A DNA stretch of 64,000 bases from a virus (lineage: Duplodnaviria; Caudoviricetes), in the IMG/VR virus record IMGVR_UViG_2928424016_000001, positions 1 through 64,000 of that record; one strand, written 5' to 3'. This document shows positions 44,423-53,974 of this stretch, piece after piece (position 1 is the stretch's first letter; the number at the start of each line of letters is the position of its first letter). A program made the translations under genes and the position numbers. The notes under the pieces were generated by a model. The model was given only the letters and a program-made list of their open reading frames with translations, searched no databases and had not been told where the DNA came from.

Positions 44423-44782
44423 GCCTGCACCGGTGGCAACCAGCAATCACCTCAGCATATCGCAGCTCGTCGCTGGATAGGGTGCCGGCAAACTCGATGA
44501 TGCTGTTGTGCAGTTCCATAAATACCCCTTTATATATGGGGTATATTAAACATCACTAATTGATTAGCTGTAACTTATGTTGGAAAAAAAACTTAAAACA
44601 TTTTAGGGCGATTTTCATGAATTGCCCTCACTTTTCACGGGATTTCGACTGAGAAATTTTAAGTGCCGAATCGCTCATAAATAGTTGTCTTCTAAAAGCT
44701 TTTGACTCGGTAGCAATTGCGCGATTTAAGACACGTAAGGCGCGCGCCCCTTTGAAAGTATTGGGTAAAAGTAAGGGGTAAC

Positions 44783-44971
44783 ATGCATAGACGTGAGTTT
44801 ATGCGGCTATTGGCCATGGGGCCAATCAGCCGTCGGGTACATTCGCAATTTTCAACGACGCTGGGCGACCTGGAGCGGACGGCGAGGGCGGTTTACGGGC
44901 CGCTGTCGCTAAACATCGTCCACTGTAGGGACGAGCCTGTACCGCTGGTTATTTATGCAGTTCGTGATTGA
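44783..44971 (+). CDS. Small hypothetical protein convergent with the repressor
   Basis: AAGGGG SD after an AT-rich spacer. Confidence 0.45.
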   Translation: MHRREFMRLLAMGPISRRVHSQFSTTLGDLERTARAVYGPLSLNIVHCRDEPVPLVIYAVRD

Positions 44972-45317
44972 CGATCGACCGCATCATTCCAAGCACAAGC
45001 TGCTGCCTCGCAGGCGGCAGCTTTCTTATTTCAACTGCCAGCTCAGCCACAAGGCCAGCCTCGGCAACACCTTCGGACGAGAGCATCTCTCCCTGTCCAG
45101 TAGCCAGCCAATTTAGATTGATGTTGAGCATCTCACGATAGGCCGCGAGAACGCTGGCCGTTGGCTCCGTATCGCCACGTTCATACGATGCCATCGTGTT
45201 TTTGGCGACCCCCAATCGGGCAGCCCATTGATCTCGTTCTGGATCCCCAAAATGTCGCCGGATTTCTCGCAAACGCGCCCCGAGCGGCGTTTTCGGCGCT
45301 GCCTCTGGTCTTGCCAA
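44949..45317 (-). CDS. Phage repressor, XRE HTH without a peptidase domain
   Basis: LGARL...LGVAKNTMASYERGDTEP...NLNWLATGQGEM; TTG start; divergent from ner. Confidence 0.85.
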   Translation of the reverse strand: MARPEAAPKTPLGARLREIRRHFGDPERDQWAARLGVAKNTMASYERGDTEPTASVLAAYREMLNINLNWLATGQGEMLSSEGVAEAGLVAELAVEIRKLPPARQQLVLGMMRSIVNHELHK

Positions 45318-45447
45318 ATTATCTCAAATTAAACCCTAAACTCAGTTTACAAAACCGAGATATTGGTTTAACCCTTTCTGTGTTCGCAGAATTAACCACC
45401 CCGAAAAAGGAGGCCGTTGCAGGGCCTCCCTTCAGGAAGGATCACTT

Positions 45448-45789
45448 ATGCATAATACCGCCCAAACCGGCAAGACCAGCCGCGCGGAGCGCCTCCGGTT
45501 AGAAGAGGTTGCCCGTGTTAAATCGCTGCTTATCCGCAACAAACTGACGCTGACCCAGATCGATCAGCAGTATGATTTGCCGTCAGGCACCGCTGGCAAC
45601 ACTGTTCATGAACCGCATTTGGCGGGCGAGCGCGCGATCGCTGCGGCTCTGAAAACTCGTCCTCATCTCCTGTGGCGGTCCCGCTATTACCCTGATGGAT
45701 CGCGCAAGAATCCCCAACCTGCCGAAAACTATCGAAACGGTCGCCGACAGACGACCGATGCGCAGCACCAATCCCAGGTCGCCGCATGA
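45448..45789 (+). CDS. ner: Ner-like protein
   Basis: GERAIAAALKTRPHLLWRSRY. Confidence 0.85.
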   Translation: MHNTAQTGKTSRAERLRLEEVARVKSLLIRNKLTLTQIDQQYDLPSGTAGNTVHEPHLAGERAIAAALKTRPHLLWRSRYYPDGSRKNPQPAENYRNGRRQTTDAQHQSQVAA

Positions 45790-45881
45790 TGTGGAGCGGA
45801 AGCGTGGCTGCTCTAGCCTGCCATTCTAGGATCAAAGGGGCCGTTGCCCCCGGCTGTCAGACATCAGCCCCGCTCCACATC
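45788..45881. ncRNA. Candidate multibranch RNA element in the early operon
   Basis: 12-bp perfect closing stem GATGTGGAGCGG/CCGCTCCACATC with internal hairpins. Confidence 0.45.
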
Positions 45882-45968
45882 ACGACGATCTCGCATTTTC
45901 GAGCGTTCGCCAATGACGAAAACACTCACCCAATTTGGCATGACTGCATGGCGGCGGGCAGGGCGGCC

Positions 45969-46349
45969 ATGATCAACCTGTATGACCAGTCTGAGGTCTA
46001 TAACGTGAACCTCAGGGCCTGCATTCGCGCCGTATATGAAGGCTTTCCCCATCTAGCTCTGCGCGACATCATCGATCCGCCCCACGAAATGTTTGACGCT
46101 GCCTTGGCGCGACAGATCGTGATGCATTTGATGGTTCGCGAGTTCCACTGGCCCAAGCGCCGTGTCGTCGAGGTGGAGGGGCGGTCGCGCGAGGCCATCA
46201 ATAGAGCGCTGCGGACAATAGAGGATCGGTTGATCCTGGATCGCTTCGCCACCCACTATCAATCCATTGCCGATCGGGCGCGCGACCTGTTCTCGCTCAG
46301 CCTCACCGGCAACGATTTCCCCGAATTTGACATGGACGAGGTTGCCTGA
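45969..46349 (+). CDS. DnaA C-terminal-like HTH protein
   Basis: Homolog of 4946-5296; start chosen by alignment. Confidence 0.55.
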   Translation: MINLYDQSEVYNVNLRACIRAVYEGFPHLALRDIIDPPHEMFDAALARQIVMHLMVREFHWPKRRVVEVEGRSREAINRALRTIEDRLILDRFATHYQSIADRARDLFSLSLTGNDFPEFDMDEVA

Positions 46350-47194
46350 TGGCTACGCTCAAGAGCCTACCTTTATCGTCGATCGCCATAGGCGAACGCG
46401 CCCGGCCGGTTGACCTGGAGCATGCAGCCGCGATTGCTGGCAGCATGGTGGATCGAGGACTGATCAACCCAATCACGGTTCGCAACACCCCGGCTGCCAA
46501 CGGCGGCAAGACGCCTTACACGCTGATCGCAGGCGGCCACCGCCTGGAAGCCGCCCGGATGAACGGGTGGGAAGAAATCGACGCCATTGTGCTGACGGCT
46601 GACAGCGCCGAGGCGCAGTTGATAGAGATTTCCGAAAACCTCTATCGCAATGAGCTGTCCGCTCTTGATCGCGGCCTCTTCGTCACGAAATATCGCGAAA
46701 TTTATGAGGAAAAACACGGGAAAGTGGAGCGCGGAGGCGACAGAAAATCAAAGTCCAACGATTGGACTTTGATTTTCGCCCCCGGCAAGGAACTATCCGA
46801 GCGCGTTCAAGAGCGCCTCGGGATTGGCCGGAGCACATATTTCAACCTGACCCTGATCGGTCAAAAACTGGACCCCGCCTTGCGTCAGGCGGTGCGCGGC
46901 ACGGCAGCCGAGTACGACCAGAAAAAGCTCCTAAAGCTCGCCAAGCTCTCCCGTGACGAGCAGGTCAAGGTTGCGGCTGCCCTGCGTGAAGACAAGAACG
47001 TCGATGTTGTCTTCGAATGGCTGAAGGGGCCGAAGGCCACACCGCCTGCAGAGAGCGTCCAGGCTGGCATTTTGAAGAAGCTGTTGGCTGCCTGGGATGA
47101 TGCCTCGCCTGAAACCCGCGACGATTTCCTGCAACAGATCGGAATGGCTGGCTCTGACGCCTTGATGCAGCAGATCCGCGAGGAGGCAGCATGA
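46349..47194 (+). CDS. ParB/RepB/Spo0J-family protein
   Basis: GLINPITVR, LIAGGHRLEA. Confidence 0.88.
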   Translation: MATLKSLPLSSIAIGERARPVDLEHAAAIAGSMVDRGLINPITVRNTPAANGGKTPYTLIAGGHRLEAARMNGWEEIDAIVLTADSAEAQLIEISENLYRNELSALDRGLFVTKYREIYEEKHGKVERGGDRKSKSNDWTLIFAPGKELSERVQERLGIGRSTYFNLTLIGQKLDPALRQAVRGTAAEYDQKKLLKLAKLSRDEQVKVAAALREDKNVDVVFEWLKGPKATPPAESVQAGILKKLLAAWDDASPETRDDFLQQIGMAGSDALMQQIREEAA

Positions 47195-47649
47195 AGCCGT
47201 CTTCCTCACAACTCGATCTGTTCATTGAACAGGCGTTTCCGGTTCGCATGGCTGCGGAACGGATCGACATTGATCGGTTCCGCGCTCGTTTGAAGCGGGC
47301 GATGACCCGCGCCATCCGCGAGTGCCCCTACGATCGTCCGACCATTGCCGCTCGTATGGCGCATTATCTGGGACTGCCGAACGTTTCGAAGTCGGCGCTC
47401 GATGCCTATACGGCAGAGAGCAAGACCAGCCACGACATTAGCTTGGTTCGCTTCAAGGCGTTCGTCCGTGCCACCGGCGCGGTTTGGCTTTGGGATGTGG
47501 TCGTGTCCGACGACGGATTGCTGCTCCTGCAGGGTGACGAAGCGCGCCTCGCGGAGATTGCCTATCGGCAGCAGAAGATCCGCGAAGAGCAGGCCCAGCT
47601 GAAGGCATTGCTGGCGACCCCGGTGACGATCAAGCGGGGGCGCAAATGA
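47191..47649 (+). CDS. Conserved early protein
   Basis: Homolog of 6147-6611. Confidence 0.7.
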   Translation: MKPSSSQLDLFIEQAFPVRMAAERIDIDRFRARLKRAMTRAIRECPYDRPTIAARMAHYLGLPNVSKSALDAYTAESKTSHDISLVRFKAFVRATGAVWLWDVVVSDDGLLLLQGDEARLAEIAYRQQKIREEQAQLKALLATPVTIKRGRK

Positions 47650-47879
47650 CGCTCAAGAAAATTTCCATCATCGGACAGATTGCCGAGATCGAACGCGAGA
47701 TTGCCCAGCGGCAGCAGCAGTATCCCCGTCTCGTCCGTGAGGGGAAGATGCGTGAGGAAGAGCGCGTCATGCTGATGGACCGCATCCTTGCGGTTCGGGC
47801 CACGCTGATGTTCTGCCGTGCGCATGAAGCCGATATCCGGGCGTTCATCGCCGCCAAGAAGGCCGGGGTGTCGGCATGA
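47646..47879 (+). CDS. Hypothetical early protein
   Basis: Coupled; EIEREIAQRQQQYPRLV; absent from prophage 1. Confidence 0.7.
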   Translation: MTLKKISIIGQIAEIEREIAQRQQQYPRLVREGKMREEERVMLMDRILAVRATLMFCRAHEADIRAFIAAKKAGVSA

Positions 47880-49876
47880 AGGAATGGTTCACCCTTTCCG
47901 AATTGGTTGCCGCCCGGCTGCCTGACATGCCGGCCAGCATTGACGGCTATGATCGGCTTGTCTCCCGCCAGGGCTGGCGCGCATCACCGATGAAGTATCG
48001 CAAGGCCAGCGGTGCCAAGGGCGGTGGTGGCTATGAATACCATTATTCGCTTCTGCCGAACGCCGCCCGTCAGAAACTGGCGTTCCTGCACACGGAGATC
48101 GAACCGCAGCGCAATTCGGCTTCAAAGGCGATTTGGGCGAAGTTTGAAGCGCTGACGAACGAACATAAGGCCATCTGCCGCAGCCGGCTGAACATCATTC
48201 TCGAAGTCGAGCAGCTGCAGGCCTCCGGTATCAGCGCCATGGATGCGCTGACGCATGCCTGCAGGAAGGCCGGGATCAGCAAAGCCACCTTTTACGGGTG
48301 GCGCAAGATGCTCGCCGGTCACGCGCGCCAGGACTGGCTGGCCGCTCTGGCGCCGAGTTTTTCGGCTGCGGCAGATGGCGTGGTCAGCAGGGTTGCTGAA
48401 TGCCATCCGGAGGCGTGGGCGGTACTCTGCTCCGACTATCTCCGGGCGGAGGAGCCGAAGTTCTCAGCCTGCTACCGGCGCATGATGTCGACGGCAAAGA
48501 AAAAGGGCTGGGCTCCAATCCCTTCCGAGCGGACCCTGCGCCGCCGGCTCGACCAGGAAGTGCCGGAGGCCGTGCAGACCCTCGCCCGCAAGGGCAAGGA
48601 CGCCGCCAAGAAGCTATTCCCGGCTCAGCGTCGATCCGTTTCGCACCTGATGGCGATGCAGATCGTCAATACCGACGGCCACAAGCTGGACCTTCGGGTG
48701 CAGATGCCAAACCGGACGGAAGTAACCCGCATTTTCCTGATGGCCATGCAGGACGTCTACAGCCGCAAGATCCTGTCCTGGGTTCTAACCGAAGCTGAGA
48801 CCTGGGAGGCGGTGCGGACGATCATCGGCAACATGATCGAGCAGCACGGCATCCCGGAGCATCTCTACATGGACAACGGCCGGGCTTTTGCGTCGAAGAA
48901 GATCTCCGGCGGAGCCAAGAGCCGCCATCGTTTCAAGATCACGGAAGACGAGGTTGCCGGTCTGCTGACGACGCTCGGCATCGAGCCGCATTTCGTGACA
49001 CCCTACAGCGGCCAGTCCAAACCGATCGAGCGCGGCTGGGGCGATTTGGCCGAAGAGATCTGCAAACACCCTGCCATGGCCGGCTGCTATACCGGCCGCA
49101 GCACACAGCACAAGCCGCACAACTACGGTCAGCGGGCCGTCCCGTTCGACGAGCTGGAAGCACACGTCGCGATGTGTATCGACGAGCACAACGCCCGCGT
49201 CGGCCGCCGCACGGAGACCGCGAAGGGGCGGAGCTTCGACGAGGTCTTTGCCGAAAGCATGGCAGATCCGGCGAACCTCGTTCGGTTCGCGTCCGAGGCG
49301 CAACGGTCGCTCTGGATGCTGACCGCCGAGACGATTTCGGCCCGCAAACCCGACGGCTCGATCCACCTTTACGGAAACCGTTACTGGCATCTGGCACTCA
49401 ACAACTGGATCGGCAAGAAGCTCACCGTGCGCTTCGATCCGTCCAACCTGCATGGCGCCGTCAAGGTCTACGATCCCCAAGGGCGGTTGATCTGTGATGC
49501 GGCCTGCGTTGAGGACACCGGATTCGATTGCCAGAACGCTGCCCGCGACATCGCACGCGCCCGCAAGACCAAGCAGAACGCCGACAAAGCGGCTCTCGAT
49601 AGCGCACGGCGTCTGTCTGACCTGCAGCTGAAGGAACTGATGGGACGGACCCGCGACAAGCCTGCACCGGCAAAGCCCAGCCGCCCCGTCGTCACCCGAC
49701 TGATCACGCGCACGCCTGTGGCGGTTGCTCAACCAGAGCCGGAGATCATCGACGACAGGCAGTTTGAAGAGAATTTCGCACGAGGTCTCGCCCGCATCGC
49801 GGGCGGAGAGGGGGCGATTATCGAATTCCCGCAGGGGGATAAAACGACGGCGGGCCGTCGCGCACGCCGGAAATGA
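47876..49876 (+). CDS. Mu-type DDE transposase A
   Basis: NTDGH, YMDNG, KPIER. Confidence 0.95.
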   Translation: MKEWFTLSELVAARLPDMPASIDGYDRLVSRQGWRASPMKYRKASGAKGGGGYEYHYSLLPNAARQKLAFLHTEIEPQRNSASKAIWAKFEALTNEHKAICRSRLNIILEVEQLQASGISAMDALTHACRKAGISKATFYGWRKMLAGHARQDWLAALAPSFSAAADGVVSRVAECHPEAWAVLCSDYLRAEEPKFSACYRRMMSTAKKKGWAPIPSERTLRRRLDQEVPEAVQTLARKGKDAAKKLFPAQRRSVSHLMAMQIVNTDGHKLDLRVQMPNRTEVTRIFLMAMQDVYSRKILSWVLTEAETWEAVRTIIGNMIEQHGIPEHLYMDNGRAFASKKISGGAKSRHRFKITEDEVAGLLTTLGIEPHFVTPYSGQSKPIERGWGDLAEEICKHPAMAGCYTGRSTQHKPHNYGQRAVPFDELEAHVAMCIDEHNARVGRRTETAKGRSFDEVFAESMADPANLVRFASEAQRSLWMLTAETISARKPDGSIHLYGNRYWHLALNNWIGKKLTVRFDPSNLHGAVKVYDPQGRLICDAACVEDTGFDCQNAARDIARARKTKQNADKAALDSARRLSDLQLKELMGRTRDKPAPAKPSRPVVTRLITRTPVAVAQPEPEIIDDRQFEENFARGLARIAGGEGAIIEFPQGDKTTAGRRARRK

Positions 49877-49904
49877 CACTGACCCGCAATGTGGTCGGCA
49901 AATC

Positions 49905-49930
49905 AAAAAAAAGAGCGTGCAAATGCACGC
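49905..49930 (-). terminator. Minus-strand intrinsic terminator at the A/B junction
   Basis: A8 then GCGTGC-AAAT-GCACGC on +. Confidence 0.55.
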
Positions 49931-49954
49931 CCAAGCCAAACAGGGGCAAAGTAC

Positions 49955-50977
49955 ATGAAAAAACCAATGAGCACAAACGGCGGCTGGGACTTTCCAAATC
50001 CGTCCGCCGAGTTTTTGGCCAAACATTCGGGGGATGACGTTGAGACCTGGCGCAGTTTAGTGGCGCAGGTGATTGAGGCAGCCAATGCAGGCGGCTTTAC
50101 CAAGGCGGACGTTGCGCGCCGCGCTGGTGTCGCAGAGGGAACGTTCAGCCAGTGGGCTTCGGGAAAATATCCCGGTGTCCTCGCCAATGTGAATGCGCAG
50201 GTCAGCAAGTGGCTGGATGCTCTGGAGCAAAGCGCCAGTCTGTCTGCTGCCATGCCGACGTCACCGGATTTCGTGAAAACCAGCACCGGCGTGGATGTCT
50301 ACAATGTGCTGCTCTACGCGCAGGTGACTGGCGGCTTTACCATCATCACGCTGCCCAGCGGTTTCGGCAAAACCACGGCAGCGCGGCAGTTTTGCCGGAC
50401 CAGGCCGCACGCATGGATGGCTACGATATCGCCGCATACCAAGACCGTGCATGGGATGCTGATCGAACTGGCCTCTGAACTGGAGGTACTGGAACACAAT
50501 CCGGCGCGATTGGTCCGGGCAATTGGACGTAAGTTGAACCGGGTGGGAGAGGGTTCGCTCCTCATCATCGACGAGGCGCAAAACCTGTTGCCTGAGGCGG
50601 TAAACCAGCTTCGACATTTCGTAGATGTCTACAAATGCGGTGTTTGCCTGATGGGTAACGAGGAGACCGCTGTCGCCTTCGTAAAGGATAAGGGCACCGT
50701 CAGCAGCAGGGCACAGGTCGCCACCCGTATCGACCGTCGACTGACGGGCGGCACGCACAATCCGCAGGACGCAACGGCACTGATTGCTGCCTGGAGCATT
50801 ACCGACCCCGATTGCGTGCGGTTCCTGCAAAACGTGGCGACCAAGCCCGGATCTTTGCGCAACATCGACCGCACGATCAAGGCGGCGCAGATGTTGGCCC
50901 TTGGCGACGATGCGGATCTGGCGCTGACGCATCTGACGGCAGCATGGCGCAACCGCAATATCGGAGATCTCGCATGA
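49955..50977 (+). CDS. Mu B-type AAA+ ATPase
   Basis: PSGFGKT, LIIDEAQNL. Confidence 0.95.
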   Translation: MKKPMSTNGGWDFPNPSAEFLAKHSGDDVETWRSLVAQVIEAANAGGFTKADVARRAGVAEGTFSQWASGKYPGVLANVNAQVSKWLDALEQSASLSAAMPTSPDFVKTSTGVDVYNVLLYAQVTGGFTIITLPSGFGKTTAARQFCRTRPHAWMATISPHTKTVHGMLIELASELEVLEHNPARLVRAIGRKLNRVGEGSLLIIDEAQNLLPEAVNQLRHFVDVYKCGVCLMGNEETAVAFVKDKGTVSSRAQVATRIDRRLTGGTHNPQDATALIAAWSITDPDCVRFLQNVATKPGSLRNIDRTIKAAQMLALGDDADLALTHLTAAWRNRNIGDLA

Positions 50978-51279
50978 GGTCTCTGAAACTATCCGACGCG
51001 CTCGGCCAGCTCATGGATAATTTCCAGTGCTTTGCGGATTTGCCGGGTGGCGCGATCGCCACCATCGACGGAGACGATGCTCGCCAATTTTATGCCGTGT
51101 TGCGCAGCATGCGAGCCATGGCGCTCAACATGGAGATCGAACTGGATTGCCATCGTGACATCGAGGCAAGCCGGGATCGCCGCGAAGCCGCTGATGCCGA
51201 AGCCACCAAGGCGCTGGGTGATCTGCTGGTCGAGGCTGGTGGCAAGATCTTGCGCCCCGATTTTCGGGGGCGGACATGA
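50974..51279 (+). CDS. Hypothetical early protein
   Basis: Homolog of 9752-10036. Confidence 0.7.
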   Translation: MRSLKLSDALGQLMDNFQCFADLPGGAIATIDGDDARQFYAVLRSMRAMALNMEIELDCHRDIEASRDRREAADAEATKALGDLLVEAGGKILRPDFRGRT

Positions 51280-51584
51280 CGAATATCCCGAAAGCATCTG
51301 ACCTGCTCCGACTGGTCTGTGACCGGATCATTGAGCAACGGCAGACGGGCCTCTCCCTGACACCCGGAGCGACAGTGGCGTTCGCCACCAACCTGCGGAC
51401 AGTGCACGAATTGGTGCTGCAGTTGGAAGAAGAGGTGGAAATTCTCGAAGAGCAGGTGCGCGTCATACAGACGCGCACGGCAGCCCCTGCCGCCCAGGAC
51501 CCGCTGACCAGCAATGTCGTGCCACTGCCGCGCCGTCGCCGGTTCGCGGTCGTGCCTCCGTCGGATGGAGGTGATGCGGCATGA
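51276..51584 (+). CDS. Hypothetical early protein
   Basis: Homolog of 10033-10362. Confidence 0.7.
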   Translation: MTNIPKASDLLRLVCDRIIEQRQTGLSLTPGATVAFATNLRTVHELVLQLEEEVEILEEQVRVIQTRTAAPAAQDPLTSNVVPLPRRRRFAVVPPSDGGDAA

Positions 51585-51862
51585 AAAAGCTCGTCGTACC
51601 CGTCGAGATCCCGGTGGATCAGTTGGTCGAGGCTATCGGCCCCCCTGTCATCAAGGCTCTGCGGGCGGCTGAGCGTGAAGAAGAGGCGGCGGCTCTGCAC
51701 CGCCCTCCCATGCAGGCACTGACGCACGCAGCCCGTGCCCTTTGGCACGCGCTGAACCGCTACGAAACCAGCCAGGGGACACGCGATGAAAAGCGTGCGC
51801 TGAACGCTCTCCTGGCTGCCTCAAAGGGCGTTCGAAACGCCATCAAAACCATCAAGGAATAG
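51581..51862 (+). CDS. Hypothetical early protein
   Basis: Near-identical to 10359-10640. Confidence 0.75.
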   Translation: MKKLVVPVEIPVDQLVEAIGPPVIKALRAAEREEEAAALHRPPMQALTHAARALWHALNRYETSQGTRDEKRALNALLAASKGVRNAIKTIKE

Positions 51863-51867
51863 AAAAA

Positions 51868-52521
51868 ATGGAAGCTGTCATTCTCGAAGAGACCCGTAGC
51901 GACGGGATCACCATCATCAGCGGCCGTCCGTTCATGGAAGATGCCAAGGGCAATCTTCTACCGGTCGGCAATATCAAGCCGGAAGACAAGCTGCAGGACG
52001 AAACCGTCCGCAAGATCATGAAATACGCCATGGAGCTTTCGGCGCAGGTCGCCCGGTTTCGCGGTCATACCGTTGCCGATCTCGGCGCATTCGATGCGCT
52101 GCTCGCCCAGGAATACGGCGCAAAGATCGGGGGCCAGAAGGGCAACCGCACCTATCAGACCATCGACGGCAAGATGAAGGTGGTGGTGCAGGTGGCTGAT
52201 CAGATCAGCTTCGGTCCGCAGTTGCAGATCGCCAAGGGGCTGATCGACGAGTGCCTGGTGGAGTGGTCGGCCGAGAGCCGCCCGGAGATCCAGGCCATCG
52301 TCACCCGCGCCTTCAACACCGACAAGGAAGGCCAGATCAACAAGTCTGAACTGTTCATGCTGCTGCGCCTCGACATCGAAGACGAGCGCTGGAACCGCGC
52401 GATGGAGGCGATCCGCAACTCGATCACCGTCACGGGCTCCAAGGAGTATGTCCGGTTCTACACCCGCCAGAGCGCTGCCGATGCCTGGCAGGCCGTGACC
52501 ATCGATCTGGCCAAGGCATGA
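51868..52521 (+). CDS. DUF3164-family protein
   Basis: Near-identical to 10645-11298. Confidence 0.85.
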   Translation: MEAVILEETRSDGITIISGRPFMEDAKGNLLPVGNIKPEDKLQDETVRKIMKYAMELSAQVARFRGHTVADLGAFDALLAQEYGAKIGGQKGNRTYQTIDGKMKVVVQVADQISFGPQLQIAKGLIDECLVEWSAESRPEIQAIVTRAFNTDKEGQINKSELFMLLRLDIEDERWNRAMEAIRNSITVTGSKEYVRFYTRQSAADAWQAVTIDLAKA

Positions 52522-52820
52522 GGAGAATGGCGATGACGAAAAGATTTGTCTTTAACGTGACGACGCGGGTGGCCGTTTACATCGAGCCTGAGAAGCTTGC
52601 TCCCCTCATGCCTGAATTTAACGCCTCGATCTCCGATTTTGGCGATGGCGAAGATGCCTTGGAGCGTCATGCAGAACACATTGCACAGTTGGCGGCTCAC
52701 GGCGTGTGCGACTTCAATCCCAATGATTTCGTTGAAGGATATGGCATCGTGAAGGACGCAGGGATTGATGTCATTGTCACGAACGACGTCATCTGCGAGC
52801 GTTTAGGAGGTGCAGCATGA
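52518..52820 (+). CDS. Hypothetical protein
   Basis: Coupled ORF, absent from prophage 1. Confidence 0.65.
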   Translation: MRRMAMTKRFVFNVTTRVAVYIEPEKLAPLMPEFNASISDFGDGEDALERHAEHIAQLAAHGVCDFNPNDFVEGYGIVKDAGIDVIVTNDVICERLGGAA

Positions 52821-53086
52821 ACCACCTTTACGCTCGACTGAAAGCGGAGACGACTTGCCCCGTTTGCGGCTCGCCCGTTATGCCCATCACCCAACAGCAG
52901 GAACAGCTGCACATCGTTCGCTACCAGTGCAGCGCTGTTTTCGGGGTGAGCGACATCCTGCAGGTCGTCAACATCTACGATCCGTGCCCAACGCCTTCCC
53001 AGGTGGCTGCCAGCCATCTGATGACTGAGGCCGAATTGGCAGCTGAAAATCAGCATGAGCAGTCTCGTCAGGAGGTCGTTCTTTGA
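52817..53086 (+). CDS. Small Cys-rich (CPxCG) protein
   Basis: Homolog of 11310-11546. Confidence 0.65.
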   Translation: MNHLYARLKAETTCPVCGSPVMPITQQQEQLHIVRYQCSAVFGVSDILQVVNIYDPCPTPSQVAASHLMTEAELAAENQHEQSRQEVVL

Positions 53087-53283
53087 TGAGTACGATCTAT
53101 CTCTGCGAGGCATCTCGCCTGAAGAAGTATTCCGCCGCTGTGAAGGGCTCCCAGGCTGTCGTCACAATCGAAATCTCGGTTTCCGACCACGGCTCCCTTG
53201 GGTTCCTCCTGGAAGAACTTTCCAAAATTGAAAAAGCACAGAAGGCATGCGGCCTGACGCCGCCTAAGCCGACGAAGCCGTGA
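53083..53283 (+). CDS. Hypothetical protein
   Basis: Coupled ORF. Confidence 0.6.
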   Translation: MMSTIYLCEASRLKKYSAAVKGSQAVVTIEISVSDHGSLGFLLEELSKIEKAQKACGLTPPKPTKP

Positions 53284-53942
53284 AAGGATCCCCTATGACA
53301 TCCTCCATCGCAGCTATCCACGTCGCCAAGAAGCAGCTCGGCCTGGACGACGACACTTATCGCGCCAAGCTCGAAAAGATCACCGGCAAGGCCTCGGTCA
53401 AGCTGATGACCGAGGCCGAGCGCCAGACGGTGCTGACGGTGTTTCGCAACGAAGGCTTCGCGCCGGCTCCGGCCGGCGCAGGCAAACGCAAGTCGCTGAC
53501 CGGAAAATTCGCCAAGAAGCTCCAGGCGCTCTGGATTGCGGGCTGGAACCTCGGTGTTGTCGAGAACCGTGACGATGCCGCGCTGCTCGCCTTCGTCACC
53601 CGGCAGACCGGGCTGGACCATGTCCGCTTTCTCCACCATGCCGACGATGCCCGCTCGGCCATCGAAGGCCTGAAGCGGTGGCTGGCGCGCGAGGCGGGCG
53701 TTAGCTTCGGGAATAACAACGGCTATGACTGGCTGTCGAGCGACGGGGCGAAGATCGCCTGGGCGCAGTGGAGGATCCTCTATCCCGGCTGCAGCCTGAT
53801 CGTCCGTCAGGGTTTTGACCAGGAGGTGATGGCGCTTGCCGGTGATGACGTTCGGTGGATCGGGGATCTAACAGCCAGACACTGGCAGTTGGTAATGAAC
53901 GCATTCGGTGAACGGGTTCGAGCGAGGAAGGGCGGTGCTTGA
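53280..53942 (+). CDS. gemA: GemA / Mu gp16-like protein
   Basis: Highly similar to 12439-13086. Confidence 0.88.
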   Translation: MKGSPMTSSIAAIHVAKKQLGLDDDTYRAKLEKITGKASVKLMTEAERQTVLTVFRNEGFAPAPAGAGKRKSLTGKFAKKLQALWIAGWNLGVVENRDDAALLAFVTRQTGLDHVRFLHHADDARSAIEGLKRWLAREAGVSFGNNNGYDWLSSDGAKIAWAQWRILYPGCSLIVRQGFDQEVMALAGDDVRWIGDLTARHWQLVMNAFGERVRARKGGA

Positions 53943-53974
53943 TGCTTGGAGACCCCATGCTCGCGCAGTTTGCG

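Noticed and set aside
44319-44519. 66-aa minus-strand ORF overlapping the XRE gene
   Set aside because: About 100-nt overlap and no recognisable motif; insufficient support, though not excluded.
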